Positions 18,810 to 29,464 of a DNA stretch of 64,000 nucleotides are shown here, piece by piece. Under the pieces are notes generated by a model. The model did not search any database and was not told the DNA's origin. It worked only from the letters and a program-made list of their open reading frames with translations. Made by a program: the position numbers and the translations under genes. The first letter of the stretch is position 1; each line of letters opens with the position of its first letter. This DNA is from Clostridia bacterium (GTDB lineage Bacteria > Bacillota > Clostridia > TANB77 > CAG-465): the NCBI GenBank assembly GCA_045537895.1, contig JAZSQI010000005.1, positions 60-64,059 on the forward strand, given 5' to 3'.

Positions 18810-20297
18810 TTAAAATATTACATATTGTCCAAAGTTTTTTTCTAAATTTTTAAAGCCATTAAAATATGAATAGTTTAAATATATTGATTCATTACGAATA
18901 ACAAAGTCTAAAGACAAAGATTTAAGAAGTCCCGTTATATACGGCACTCTATCATCGAGGTCAAAAAGAAGTACATATTTTTTATCTTTTCCTCCACAAT
19001 AATTTAATACTTTTTCCTTTTCCTTTTTTATATACTCAAAACTATACTCACTATATTTTTCTTCTAGCTTTAAAAACTTGTCTTTTACCATACTGAAAAC
19101 AGTATTATCAGCTATTTTTATAACGTCATCATTTAGTTCAAAAATCTTACATAAGAAGAAAAATTCTCTCCATGATATTTCAATGTTAAATTTGTTAATA
19201 ATTTGCTCAAGCAAATTAGACTTATCATTACCAACTAAGCTTAATATAGATTTTGCAGTGTTGTTTACACTAACCACTTCATTTTCTTCTTCATTAAACT
19301 TAATCATTTTTGAAATATCAAAGGTAAATTTAGTATTATGAATTTTTATCAATCCATATAAAGTATTTTCAAGCTTTATCACAGACTTAAAAAACGTATA
19401 ATCATTAAATGATTGGTTATAATCGTTGAGCTTTATTTCCAAACTCTGTGATTCTTTCAAAACATATTCATACGTTTCGTCTGATTGAAACGTTGAAACA
19501 ATTAAGTTTTGAAGCTCCTCAAAGCTTTCAATAAAGAAATTAAATATTCGAATCTCGTAATTTTCACCTATAAAGAAAGAATATATTTTTGATATTTCTT
19601 GCTTATATTCTGAAAAGTTACTTACAATTCCAATTCTAAGTGCTGATTTAAAAATAATATAATCACTATATATAATATAGTTTAATATATCATCTTTTTT
19701 TCTTGAATCCCTCGCAAAAAATTCATATTCTTTTAAATCATTTACTAATTTCTCAAATGAATTATACGCATTATATAACTGATTTGTAATTATATCGTGC
19801 TGAACTTGTGTCTCCATAAGAGCATTATAGAAAATATTAAGTCTATAACAAAGTTTTGAAAACTTGTCCCTGCACATTTTATAATCGACTTCTAATTCAA
19901 CAAACGATTTTATATCACTTTCTAATTTTAATACCTCGACATATCTTCTAGATTCATCTTCCGGATCAATTGAAAAAGTAATATTTCCTTCAAAGCCTTG
20001 TTCATACCTCTTTAACTCGTTTGAATAATCAGCTTTTAAATTTTGTATAATATCAAAATACTTTTTATATTCATTTGGAAACGTTAATGAAAATATTTTT
20101 ATATACTGTTCTAGATACACTAGTTTGTTATATACAACATTTTCTGATTTAAAAGAAGTAATTTCTTCCTGCTCAGGCTCAAGCTCGTTTAATGTTTCTA
20201 CTGCTTCTTTAATATCTATTTTTTCCTCATCTACTACGGGTTCCCGTTTTGGAAAAAGCCACGATAAAAAAGACTCTTTAATTAAACTTAAGCCCAT
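18810..20297 (-). CDS. hypothetical alpha-helical protein
   Basis: 495-aa ORF with GGAGG RBS in the operon; no recognised motif. Confidence 0.75.
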   Translation of the reverse strand: MGLSLIKESFLSWLFPKREPVVDEEKIDIKEAVETLNELEPEQEEITSFKSENVVYNKLVYLEQYIKIFSLTFPNEYKKYFDIIQNLKADYSNELKRYEQGFEGNITFSIDPEDESRRYVEVLKLESDIKSFVELEVDYKMCRDKFSKLCYRLNIFYNALMETQVQHDIITNQLYNAYNSFEKLVNDLKEYEFFARDSRKKDDILNYIIYSDYIIFKSALRIGIVSNFSEYKQEISKIYSFFIGENYEIRIFNFFIESFEELQNLIVSTFQSDETYEYVLKESQSLEIKLNDYNQSFNDYTFFKSVIKLENTLYGLIKIHNTKFTFDISKMIKFNEEENEVVSVNNTAKSILSLVGNDKSNLLEQIINKFNIEISWREFFFLCKIFELNDDVIKIADNTVFSMVKDKFLKLEEKYSEYSFEYIKKEKEKVLNYCGGKDKKYVLLFDLDDRVPYITGLLKSLSLDFVIRNESIYLNYSYFNGFKNLEKNFGQYVIF

Positions 20298-20312
20298 ATT
20301 TTAAGTTCCTCC

Positions 20313-21173
20313 TTATTTGTAGAAATCAGTTACAATGTGACCAATAATAGGAAAGCCTAACGTAGCTACATCAATTGTCTGGTAGTCTTCCATACAAAAA
20401 TATTTCAAAGTCTTTACTTTTATTTTTGAACATATTTTAGTTATTAAGCTCAAACCATAAATTTTTGCATGCTCTGTTTGCTGACATTTTCCTGTACCGA
20501 TAAAAATTATACTGTTATTTGATGTCTCATATCTTTTGTCTTTGTAATCTATGTTTATAACAGTAGATACTAAAAACTCATTAATATGATTAAGAACGTC
20601 AGTATAATCCACATTCTCATCTTCTTTTTCTTCGCTGGTAATTAGATTTTCAATTATTTTGTTTTTTTCAAAAGAAGCATAATCAACAACATTAAAATAC
20701 TTTTTATCATTTCCTATTCTAAGAAACATAAATAACGCTTGCTGATTTTCCTTAGCTATTTTTTCAACAATTTTTAATATTTGGTTTTTATGTTCTTTTG
20801 TAATAGAAGTATTTTCGATTGCAAAGATTATTATGTTCTTTTTCTCTCTGTATACTGGTCTTGGACTGTTGTATCTATAATACTCTTCTGCTGTAGGTGG
20901 CCCATAAACCACAGGTGTTACACTGTTGGTTTTTACCACATTGTCTCCCCAACAACTAAAATCCACTTTTTTTTCCTTATCTGCTTCTTTTTTACCTATG
21001 TTTTCACTTTTAGGAGTAGACACCATAGGTTTTTGAACTTGTTTGTCATTTGATACATCTAAATTAGAATCGATAACTTCTTTCTGCTTTTTAGCATATT
21101 CGTATCTGTAGTTATCATATCTTTTCCTTTTTTCTTCCTCTTCAGGGTCTTTAAATAAATCCCAAAATCCCAT
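20313..21173 (-). CDS. degenerate vWA-like protein with low-complexity N-terminus
   Basis: IIIFAIENTS and IIFIGTG occupy the positions of the vWA MIDAS strands but lack the Asp residues. Confidence 0.5.
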   Translation of the reverse strand: MGFWDLFKDPEEEEKRKRYDNYRYEYAKKQKEVIDSNLDVSNDKQVQKPMVSTPKSENIGKKEADKEKKVDFSCWGDNVVKTNSVTPVVYGPPTAEEYYRYNSPRPVYREKKNIIIFAIENTSITKEHKNQILKIVEKIAKENQQALFMFLRIGNDKKYFNVVDYASFEKNKIIENLITSEEKEDENVDYTDVLNHINEFLVSTVINIDYKDKRYETSNNSIIFIGTGKCQQTEHAKIYGLSLITKICSKIKVKTLKYFCMEDYQTIDVATLGFPIIGHIVTDFYK

Positions 21174-21185
21174 TATTTCTTCCTC

Positions 21186-21851
21186 CTAAATTAAAATAGT
21201 AACGTCGTCATAGAATAAAGACTGATTTGATCTGATAATTCCCTCTGGAGTATATCTGTTATCTTTTTCCAAAATGATCTTTGCAAAATCATCAAACATT
21301 CTCTTGTCAAGTATCGGTGAAAGACCATCAGAAGCTATTCCTACTTTTTTAAACTTCTCTTTACTAAATCTGAATGTTTTAAACTTAAGCTCTTTGTTAT
21401 AAGTTGTAGTGGTAATCATATTATATGCATAATACGGTGGCGTTTTTCCATACGATAAACGTATATAGCTTAACATATCATCCGTATTAACTGTAATAAT
21501 ATATCCATCTCCAATATACTTTACAACAAATTCATCTTCAAGTTCAAAACAAGCTACAATAGTAAAAAGCATGTTATCTACAATAGCGTTTGATACATCT
21601 TTATTTCCTGTTTCACAAAAGAATTTTACTATGTTTGAAAAAACCTTTTCTACATTTTTTTCAAACATGTTTACATCAAATCTTGTTTCCAGTGACGAAA
21701 AAAGCTGGCAAAAAAGCCTGGTTCCTACTTCAGAGAATTTTCCTTCACTGCATCCATCAGCGAGTAGCTTTAAATTTTTCTCCATGTAGCAAAAATCTTG
21801 ATTATTTAAGCCATTTAAATAATGGCCATTTCCTTGCCTGCAAATTTGCAT
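21186..21851 (-). CDS. PP2C-like protein phosphatase
   Basis: G..H...NQD, ADGCS, IGDG, ASDG, DDVT metal-binding motifs. Confidence 0.85.
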   Translation of the reverse strand: MQICRQGNGHYLNGLNNQDFCYMEKNLKLLADGCSEGKFSEVGTRLFCQLFSSLETRFDVNMFEKNVEKVFSNIVKFFCETGNKDVSNAIVDNMLFTIVACFELEDEFVVKYIGDGYIITVNTDDMLSYIRLSYGKTPPYYAYNMITTTTYNKELKFKTFRFSKEKFKKVGIASDGLSPILDKRMFDDFAKIILEKDNRYTPEGIIRSNQSLFYDDVTILI

Positions 21852-21906
21852 AATTCTTCCTCCTTAAATTTATTAAAACTTAATCATACTATTATATTGC
21901 TGTGAT

Positions 21907-21935
21907 ATTATATCATATTTTTAGTTATTTTTCAA
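21907..21935 (-). promoter_or_regulatory. sigmaA promoter for the PP2C-vWA-kinase operon
   Basis: TTGAAA-N17-TATAAT with extended TG. Confidence 0.7.
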
Positions 21936-22004
21936 TACTTATGTCACCCTTTTACGTAAATAATATATGATAAATAGATAGTTATATTCATTCTTTCAAA
22001 AAGC

Positions 22005-22037
22005 AAAGAGATAAGGTAATTATTACCTTATCTCTTT
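22005..22037 (-). terminator. intrinsic terminator after the TelA-like gene
   Basis: AAAGAGATAAGGTAAT-t-ATTACCTTATCTCTTT perfect IR. Confidence 0.75.
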
Positions 22038-22042
22038 ATACA

Positions 22043-23272
22043 TTAAAATACCAATCCACCTTTAGAACTTGAATTATTATTCATGCCTATTTGACTTGTT
22101 TTTCCAGCGTCTTTTTTCTGAAGATTTTCGACATACGGAGCAAGTTCATCAATAACCCCTTTAAGTTTATCCATCTGCTGAGCCATCTGCTGAGTGCTTT
22201 CGTCACTGATTTTCTTAATTGTGTTATACCCGTCAATAACTGTCTGCGCAGCTCTTTGTGCAGCCTCAGGCGTATATACACCATTAATTAAAATACGTTC
22301 TGCTTCTTCTCCAGTATCTCTTACTCTCTGAGCAACCTCTTCTAAGAGTTTGTTATTAAGTTCTGTTATTGCTTTTTGTCCATCTAACGCTTCCGTATTT
22401 ACAGCATTATAATAGGCGATTTCAAGCTGTTCTGCCATAACTGTACTACTGTGCTTCTTCTGACTATCAACAGCAAGCTGAATACGTCTATTGGAATGAA
22501 GTTCAAGCTTTAGCTCTCCAACTGCAAGACCACGAGCTGCTCTTGATTTTTCAAGATTTACCAGCACTGACTGGAACATTTTTAAGCCTTCATCTAAAGT
22601 ATCGTAATTTTGCTTAGCTTCAACCATTCCTGTAGTTTCCCACTCATTTTTAGCAGATTCCACTTCACCTAATAGTCTGTCTTCAGCTATTCTTCCTGCT
22701 ACAATATACTGTTCAATTTCATAGCAAGCCTGAACCTTACTCTCACCAGAAAGCATAATGGATGCTTCTGTTTTCTTTAAATTTTCAAGCCACATATCAC
22801 ATGATTTTACATATTGCTGAAGAACTTTAAAACAGCTTATAGCCCTTACCTTAACTTCATTACTATCTGATTTAAAACCAGCCATTATTTTAGTAACAAA
22901 TTTTTGTAAGAAGTTTGGTTCTTCAATTACTAAATTATATTTATCTTTAGCTTCTTTAGCAAGTTCTGCAACCATTTTTACAACTTCCTGATCTGCGCTA
23001 GTGCCCTGAGCATTTTCCAGAACTCTTCCGGCCATTTCAAATGTTCTCATAAGAGGAATAGAACCGTAATTCATAACTTTTTCGAACTGTCTTACGTCAA
23101 TCTCATTTGACATACGCATAATTTCGTTTCTTGTTGCCTCATCATAATACACAATAGATTCTGCAGTTAAAATTGCTCCCTCATTTTGAGCCTCTTCATT
23201 TTTTACCTCCACAGGCAAAACAACCTCTGGTGTTATAACTTCTTCACTTTTTACTACTTTTTCTTCATTCAT
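22043..23272 (-). CDS. TelA/KlaB-like toxic anion resistance protein
   Basis: ~400-aa all-helical protein with ID...VMNYG motif; context of vWA/PP2C/kinase genes. Confidence 0.6.
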   Translation of the reverse strand: MNEEKVVKSEEVITPEVVLPVEVKNEEAQNEGAILTAESIVYYDEATRNEIMRMSNEIDVRQFEKVMNYGSIPLMRTFEMAGRVLENAQGTSADQEVVKMVAELAKEAKDKYNLVIEEPNFLQKFVTKIMAGFKSDSNEVKVRAISCFKVLQQYVKSCDMWLENLKKTEASIMLSGESKVQACYEIEQYIVAGRIAEDRLLGEVESAKNEWETTGMVEAKQNYDTLDEGLKMFQSVLVNLEKSRAARGLAVGELKLELHSNRRIQLAVDSQKKHSSTVMAEQLEIAYYNAVNTEALDGQKAITELNNKLLEEVAQRVRDTGEEAERILINGVYTPEAAQRAAQTVIDGYNTIKKISDESTQQMAQQMDKLKGVIDELAPYVENLQKKDAGKTSQIGMNNNSSSKGGLVF

Positions 23273-23327
23273 ATTTTTGTCCTCCTTTATAATTATACTT
23301 TGGATTGGTTTTAAAATTTACATAAGA

Positions 23328-23356
23328 ATTATATCATCTTTTGATGTTTATGTCAA
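23328..23356 (-). promoter_or_regulatory. consensus sigmaA promoter for the TelA-like gene
   Basis: TTGACA-N17-TATAAT with extended TG. Confidence 0.75.
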
Positions 23357-23366
23357 CTGATAGCAA

Positions 23367-23399
23367 AAAACTCTACTTAGCTATGCTAAATAGAGTTTT
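23367..23399 (-). terminator. intrinsic terminator
   Basis: AAAACTCTACTTAGC-tat-GCTAAATAGAGTTTT. Confidence 0.7.
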
Positions 23400-23407
23400 A
23401 TAAAAAT

Positions 23408-24136
23408 CTAATCTTTCTTTTCAACCTCAGTTACTATATATCTTCCACCCTTATATACAACTGTTAATTCAACATCGTTTACTGCTTTTTTCTCACCATC
23501 TTTTGTATTAACACTTCTACAAGTATATGTTAATATCATTTGATTTGCAGTTACATTTTCTATATTATCAAGTTCTTGTAAATATATATTAGATGTATTA
23601 TTTTTATCTACTGTATATTTTCTACTAATTTTATCATAACCATATTTTCCGTCCTTTTTAAATGCATCATCTATTTCTTTTTCAAACATTGTATCTATGA
23701 ACGAATTAATACTTGATTCTAATACTATTACTTCATCATCGTTATCATAGCTTAAATATTTTTCTTCATCAATTTCATTTGAAATAGCATAAAATGCATA
23801 TTCAGATGCCAAAGTATCATTAATATTTACTTTTACATTTACAGGGTAGCTATCAGAGTTTGACATTATATAGTTTACATATTCACTATAATAATCCGAA
23901 AAATAATCTTTAGCTATATTTAAACCTATTCTTACTGTTTCTTGACCTATTTTATTTATACTCTCGAGGTCGTCTCCTAGTGGGTTTTCTTTAACTTCTT
24001 CTTTATTTCCTTCACCTGTTACTATTCCAGTAACATCAAATATTTCTTTACTTGCTAAAATTTGACCTACTATAAATGCTAGAACAATAAAGATTATCCC
24101 CCACAAAAGTAATGCCGTCATTTGTATAGATTTCAT
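23408..24136 (-). CDS. membrane-anchored hypothetical protein
   Basis: N-terminal TM, acidic extracellular domain; follows divIVA. Confidence 0.75.
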   Translation of the reverse strand: MKSIQMTALLLWGIIFIVLAFIVGQILASKEIFDVTGIVTGEGNKEEVKENPLGDDLESINKIGQETVRIGLNIAKDYFSDYYSEYVNYIMSNSDSYPVNVKVNINDTLASEYAFYAISNEIDEEKYLSYDNDDEVIVLESSINSFIDTMFEKEIDDAFKKDGKYGYDKISRKYTVDKNNTSNIYLQELDNIENVTANQMILTYTCRSVNTKDGEKKAVNDVELTVVYKGGRYIVTEVEKKD

Positions 24137-24152
24137 GTTTTTTTCTCCTTAT

Positions 24153-24629
24153 TTATTCATCTTCATTTAATATTTTAATTTGAGCTTCTAACATTGCTAT
24201 TGTTTTTACTTTATATATTTGAAGTTGTTTTTTCTTTTCTTCAAGCTCTATCTCTTTTGCCATTATTTCTTTCTTCAAACCATCTAATTGCATTGCCATT
24301 TTTTCTTCTTCAGCTTTTTTATACTCAGCTACATCCTTCATTGCATCCTTTTTAATTTTATCAGCAAGGTTCATTGCTTCTTCTTTGATATTATCAGCTT
24401 CTACTTGTGCATTTCCCATTGTCTGGTCAATTCCTATTTCTATTGATTTATAATAGGCAACTGATTCTTGAAGATTATCTACTTTATCTTTCATTTCTAA
24501 ATTTTCTTTAAATAATTTTTCATAATCTATTATTATTTTTTCCAAATAATCCTCTACATCATTAATATCATAGCCACTAAATTTAGTTTTCTTAAATACT
24601 TTATTTTCAATATCTGCTGGTGTTAACAT
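24153..24629 (-). CDS. divIVA: DivIVA domain protein
   Basis: MLTPADIENKVF...GYDINDVEDYL signature plus coiled coil. Confidence 0.9.
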   Translation of the reverse strand: MLTPADIENKVFKKTKFSGYDINDVEDYLEKIIIDYEKLFKENLEMKDKVDNLQESVAYYKSIEIGIDQTMGNAQVEADNIKEEAMNLADKIKKDAMKDVAEYKKAEEEKMAMQLDGLKKEIMAKEIELEEKKKQLQIYKVKTIAMLEAQIKILNEDE

Positions 24630-24691
24630 ATATACTCCTCCTTATTTTATACAAAAATAGGCAAGTTAATACTTGCCTTAATTACAAATTA

Positions 24692-25213
24692 TTATTTTAG
24701 CCAAGAAAATGATAATTTATTTCTATATTGTGCTCTTTCAACATCATTTTGTATTTCTACAGAATTTGGTGTCATTAAATATATTAAATTTGATACCTTT
24801 TGAATACTTCCATCAAGTGCAAAAGATGTACCACTTAAAAAATCTAATATACGTTTTCCATCTTCTTTATTTATAGATTCAAGATTAACTATTACTGATT
24901 TTCTTTGTTTTAAATATTCGCCTATCTCTTCAACATCCTCATATGCTTCAGGTTGAGTTATAACTACTTTTGATGTAGAAACTGTTCCTGTCATAGGTAA
25001 TACTTTAGTTTGAAGTTTTGATCTAGACGCAGTATTATCAGCTTCATAATCTTTCTTTATTTCATTTCTTGAAAAATATCCTGCTCTTGCTGGTCTTTCA
25101 TATGTAACTGTCTCTTCTACTTCTTCGTATTGATTTTCAACATCAATATCTTCTTCCTCTTCTTCAGATATCCCTAATACTTCTAAAAATTTATTTAGTA
25201 TTGCTGCGCTCAT
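24692..25213 (-). CDS. sepF: cell division protein SepF
   Basis: VIVNLE...RILDFLSG...LDGSIQKV...TP motif. Confidence 0.92.
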   Translation of the reverse strand: MSAAILNKFLEVLGISEEEEEDIDVENQYEEVEETVTYERPARAGYFSRNEIKKDYEADNTASRSKLQTKVLPMTGTVSTSKVVITQPEAYEDVEEIGEYLKQRKSVIVNLESINKEDGKRILDFLSGTSFALDGSIQKVSNLIYLMTPNSVEIQNDVERAQYRNKLSFSWLK

Positions 25214-25333
25214 ATATACCTCCCACAGTTATATACCAATGTTATATAATGTAATAAATATCATGTCAACATTTTTATGCCTTTTTATTACATTATTTTT
25301 ATTTTTTAATATTTTTGTAATATTTTTATAATA

Positions 25334-26533
25334 TTATTTACTCTCTATCAGCACCTGATCATAACGTTCTAAAATATAATCATTGATGTTTTCTTTTTCA
25401 TAATTTTCCACTATAGCATAAGTTTTGTTCTTTCTTTGAACCTTAACTGGAATATCTACATATTCTCCTCTTGTAATTATTGTTACGTAGCTCTTATCGT
25501 CCTTTTCTTTTATTGCTTTTATTGGAACAACTAATCCCTCATAAGTAGTCCAAACAACCTCTACTTCACATTCTCTAGAATTTATAATGTTTTCTATTCC
25601 GTTTGTTACTCTAAAAAGTACCTCATACCCCTGCTCTGTTTCTGTAATTTTTACTATAGTACCCGTTAGCTCAGAAAGTTCTTCGCCCATAATCTTTATC
25701 TGGTATTTTTTACCTTCTTCAATATATTCACTGCTAACATTATTAGCTCTAACAAAAACATATGCTTCATAATTACTCGTTATTTTTATTTTACTACTAG
25801 TTACAGCTTTACTATTTTTAACATATTCTTTTACGTCTTCATAATTTAAATTCATTATACTTTCTTTAGTAAGCTTGTCTTCTAACCCATCAATTGTATA
25901 TGATATTATTCCACCAATAGGCGCTCTTACATTTGACGAAGATGTTTTTAATTCAGTTTCTAAATCTTCTCTTTGCTTTATTAAATCTTTAACATACGCA
26001 TCTTCTGGACTTAACTCCCCTATTATACTAGCTCTTTTACTAAGCAACTCATTTATATTTGTTTTGTATTCTTGCATTTCTATCATTGATGATATTCCGT
26101 TTGCAGATATAACTGTATTTACAACTTGCGTTTCCAGATTACTTACTTCTACAGAATATTCAATATTAATATCTTGCATTGCCTGTAATATTTTATTGTC
26201 TATTTCCTGCAATTTGTTTTGATAATTCTCATATTCTAAGCCTCTATATGTAGCAATTATGTTGTTTTTTGAAACTCTAGAGCCTTCTGATACCGTTGGT
26301 ACGATAACTTTGCTATTATCTATATCAAGTATAGTTTCATCTTTTATTACATAGCCTATACATGAAGTTGTATATTCTATAACTCCTTCATTTACCAAAT
26401 ATTTTTCTCCAGAATTATACATTTTATATAACATTAGAATTGCTACTGTTATAATAAAAAGAATTACCAACAAATATACTCTAGATGAGCCATGTTTTAG
26501 ATTTTCTTCACATCTCTTTTCTCTATTTTTCAT
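25334..26533 (-). CDS. HlyD/membrane-fusion-like protein (clostridial sepF-cluster type)
   Basis: N-terminal TM, EGSRV and APIGGIISY lipoyl-like halves around a coiled coil. Confidence 0.7.
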   Translation of the reverse strand: MKNREKRCEENLKHGSSRVYLLVILFIITVAILMLYKMYNSGEKYLVNEGVIEYTTSCIGYVIKDETILDIDNSKVIVPTVSEGSRVSKNNIIATYRGLEYENYQNKLQEIDNKILQAMQDINIEYSVEVSNLETQVVNTVISANGISSMIEMQEYKTNINELLSKRASIIGELSPEDAYVKDLIKQREDLETELKTSSSNVRAPIGGIISYTIDGLEDKLTKESIMNLNYEDVKEYVKNSKAVTSSKIKITSNYEAYVFVRANNVSSEYIEEGKKYQIKIMGEELSELTGTIVKITETEQGYEVLFRVTNGIENIINSRECEVEVVWTTYEGLVVPIKAIKEKDDKSYVTIITRGEYVDIPVKVQRKNKTYAIVENYEKENINDYILERYDQVLIESK

Positions 26534-27464
26534 ACATTTTCCTCTTTATATTTTCAATTAATTCATCTTCTGTCATTATTTCATCAAATACAATATCACA
26601 ATTTAATTTTTTAAACCATGTTATTTGCCTTTTTGCATATCTTCTAGTATTCTGTTTTAACTTTTCTAGCGCTTCTTTAATAGGTTCTTTTAAATCCAAA
26701 TAATCAAAAAATTCTTTATACCCTATAGCTTGAATAGCTGTATTATCTTTCGGAAGATTCATGTCCTTTAACATTTTTGCTTCTTCTATTATGCCACTAT
26801 TTTCCATCAAATCTACTCTAGTATTAATTCTATCATATAATTTTTCTCTTGGCATATCAATATATACAGTTATAAAATTATAGTTGCTATCATTTTTATT
26901 CCATAAATCATTTCTACTATCAATAGCACTTTTTTGAGTTCCTTCTTTAGCAAGTTCAATTGCTCTAATTACTCTTTTTATATTATTCATGTGAATTTTT
27001 TTTGCTGTTTCTCTATCTAGTTTAACTAATATGTCATATAAATACTCTTTGCCTTTTTCTAATAATATCTGTTCTAACTCTTGCCTTATGTTACTTTCTT
27101 TTTTAACATAGTTATCAAAATCCATATTATTTACAACTGCATTTATATATAATCCAGTTCCACCAACAATAACTGGTGTTTTTCCTAAAGTCACTATTTC
27201 TTCTATTTTTTCATAGCAAAGTCTTTTGTAATCTGCTACACTAAACTTAGTTTCTATATCACAAATATCTATTAAGTGATGCTTAACCATCTTTTGTTCA
27301 TCTTTAGTTGCTTTAGCAGTACCTACATCTAGTCCTTTATATATTTGCATTGAATCAGCAGAAATTATTTCTCCATTTAATTTATTAGCCACGCAAATTC
27401 CCAGGCTTGTCTTACCAGATGCTGTTGGTCCCACAATTACAATAACATTAGGTTTCTCTTTCAA
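26523..27464 (-). CDS. miaA: tRNA dimethylallyltransferase
   Basis: GPTASGKT, DSMQIY, GGTGLY, YAKRQITW. Confidence 0.96.
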   Translation of the reverse strand: MKEKPNVIVIVGPTASGKTSLGICVANKLNGEIISADSMQIYKGLDVGTAKATKDEQKMVKHHLIDICDIETKFSVADYKRLCYEKIEEIVTLGKTPVIVGGTGLYINAVVNNMDFDNYVKKESNIRQELEQILLEKGKEYLYDILVKLDRETAKKIHMNNIKRVIRAIELAKEGTQKSAIDSRNDLWNKNDSNYNFITVYIDMPREKLYDRINTRVDLMENSGIIEEAKMLKDMNLPKDNTAIQAIGYKEFFDYLDLKEPIKEALEKLKQNTRRYAKRQITWFKKLNCDIVFDEIMTEDELIENIKRKMYEK

Positions 27465-27481
27465 TCTTCTCCCCTTCTTTA

Positions 27482-29362
27482 TTATTTTCTCAAAAATCTT
27501 CTTTCAATTTCATATTTACTAATCTCATAAGCAGTCGGTCTTCCATGTGGACAAGTAAATGGATTGTCTAAATTCATCATCTCATCTAGCAGAGCTATTT
27601 GCTCTTCCTTTGTTATTCCCATATTTCCTTTTACTGCTGCTTTACATGCTAAAGTTGCTAAAAATCTTTTTTCTTTTTCTTCTTTAGCTGTCTTAGATGC
27701 ACCCATAAGTTCATCCACACCATCTAAAAACATCTCTTTATAATCTAAATCATAACCCACATTAGGTATTCCAGATATCTTTATGCCATTGTCCCCAAAA
27801 TCTTCTATTACAAAACCAGCATTTTCAAACATTTCTTTGTTTTCATCTACTAGTTTTTTTTCAGAATTTTTTAGTTCTACTAATGTTGGAATAAGTAACA
27901 TTTGAGTTTCTCTAGATTTGGAATAATAATTTGCTTTTATTCTTTCGTAAAGCAATCTTTCGTGCGCTGCATGTTGATCTATTATATACATTCTTTCATT
28001 TATTTCAATTATTATATATGTATTAAATACATTTCCAACAAATTTATAGCTAATTTTACTTTGTTTCACTTCTTCTAATATTTCTTGTTTAATTTCAGAT
28101 GTTTTGATTTCTTCTTGTACACTTGCGTTACTTATATCTTGTTTTTGGGTATTATCAGCAACAATATACTCATTTATATCATTTACTTCTTCCACACTAT
28201 ATGACGTTGCATAGTTTTTTGATGTGGCGTTATCAACATTTTCCACATGCTCTTCTTGGATAGTTTCATCTTGCTGTGGCTCATTCACACCAACATAATC
28301 TACTCTGTTTACTTTATATGAATCTATTGCATACTCTCTAAATGGGCTTATACTTTCTTCATAACTTTTTACTGCATTTTTTACTGCATGATAAATTGCG
28401 CTATATATTACATGTTCATCTTGAAACTTAACCTCAAGTTTTGCAGGATGCACATTTACATCTACTTCAGATGGATTTAGTTTTACATCAATAATAGCAA
28501 AAGGGAATTTTCCAATACTCAAAGTTTGGTCGAATGCATCCTCTATTGCTTTACTCATTATCTTATCTTTTACAAATCTACTATTTATGTATGTAAATTC
28601 ATTCTGTCTTGTGCTTCTTGATAAATTAGGATTTCCTATAACTCCAGTAACTTTTCTGCCTTCATATTCATAGTTTACTGTCACTAGATTTTGCATAGCA
28701 TCTTTTCCAAAAATATTATATACAACAGTAGAAATATTTCCATCACCTAATGTAGTAATGATATTTTTACCATTATTTATATATTTAAAACTAATTTCAG
28801 GATGAACTAATGCAAGCCTTGTCATAGCATCTTCAATGTACCCTGCTTCTGTATAATCTTTCTTTAAAAATTTATATCTTGCAGGTACGTTATAGAAAAC
28901 ATTTTCAACGATAATAGTAGTTCCCTTATTCCAACCAATATCTTCAAATGTTACTTCATTTCCTCCTTCTATGACATATTTAGTACCTATTTCTTCATCT
29001 TTATTTCTCGTCATTACTGTTACTTTTGCTATACCTGCAACAGAAGCAAGAGCCTCTCCTCTAAACCCCATAGATGTTATATTTAATATATCTTCCTCTT
29101 TTCTTATCTTACTTGTTGCATGTCTTTCAAAAGCAAGCTGAACATCGTCTTTTTTTATACCTGCTCCATTATCTGTAACCTTTAAATATTTTATTCCACC
29201 GTTTTTTATCTCAACAGTAATTTGAGTTGCTCCTGCATCAATCGAATTTTCCACTAATTCCTTTACTATTGATGCCGGTCTATCAACAACTTCACCTGCT
29301 GCTATTTTATTTATTGTGTATTCATCTAACAATACAATATTTCCCATAATTTCTCCTATCAT
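27482..29362 (-). CDS. mutL: DNA mismatch repair endonuclease MutL
   Basis: NKIAAGEV, GFRGEAL, DQHAAHER, CPHGRP. Confidence 0.97.
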   Translation of the reverse strand: MIGEIMGNIVLLDEYTINKIAAGEVVDRPASIVKELVENSIDAGATQITVEIKNGGIKYLKVTDNGAGIKKDDVQLAFERHATSKIRKEEDILNITSMGFRGEALASVAGIAKVTVMTRNKDEEIGTKYVIEGGNEVTFEDIGWNKGTTIIVENVFYNVPARYKFLKKDYTEAGYIEDAMTRLALVHPEISFKYINNGKNIITTLGDGNISTVVYNIFGKDAMQNLVTVNYEYEGRKVTGVIGNPNLSRSTRQNEFTYINSRFVKDKIMSKAIEDAFDQTLSIGKFPFAIIDVKLNPSEVDVNVHPAKLEVKFQDEHVIYSAIYHAVKNAVKSYEESISPFREYAIDSYKVNRVDYVGVNEPQQDETIQEEHVENVDNATSKNYATSYSVEEVNDINEYIVADNTQKQDISNASVQEEIKTSEIKQEILEEVKQSKISYKFVGNVFNTYIIIEINERMYIIDQHAAHERLLYERIKANYYSKSRETQMLLIPTLVELKNSEKKLVDENKEMFENAGFVIEDFGDNGIKISGIPNVGYDLDYKEMFLDGVDELMGASKTAKEEKEKRFLATLACKAAVKGNMGITKEEQIALLDEMMNLDNPFTCPHGRPTAYEISKYEIERRFLRK

Positions 29363-29464
29363 ACATGCGATACTTTTTCACATTTATATTATATCAATAA
29401 ATAGATATTTTTCAATAGAAAAAAGCCATGACTTCAAAAGTCACGACTTTAAATTATTCTTATC

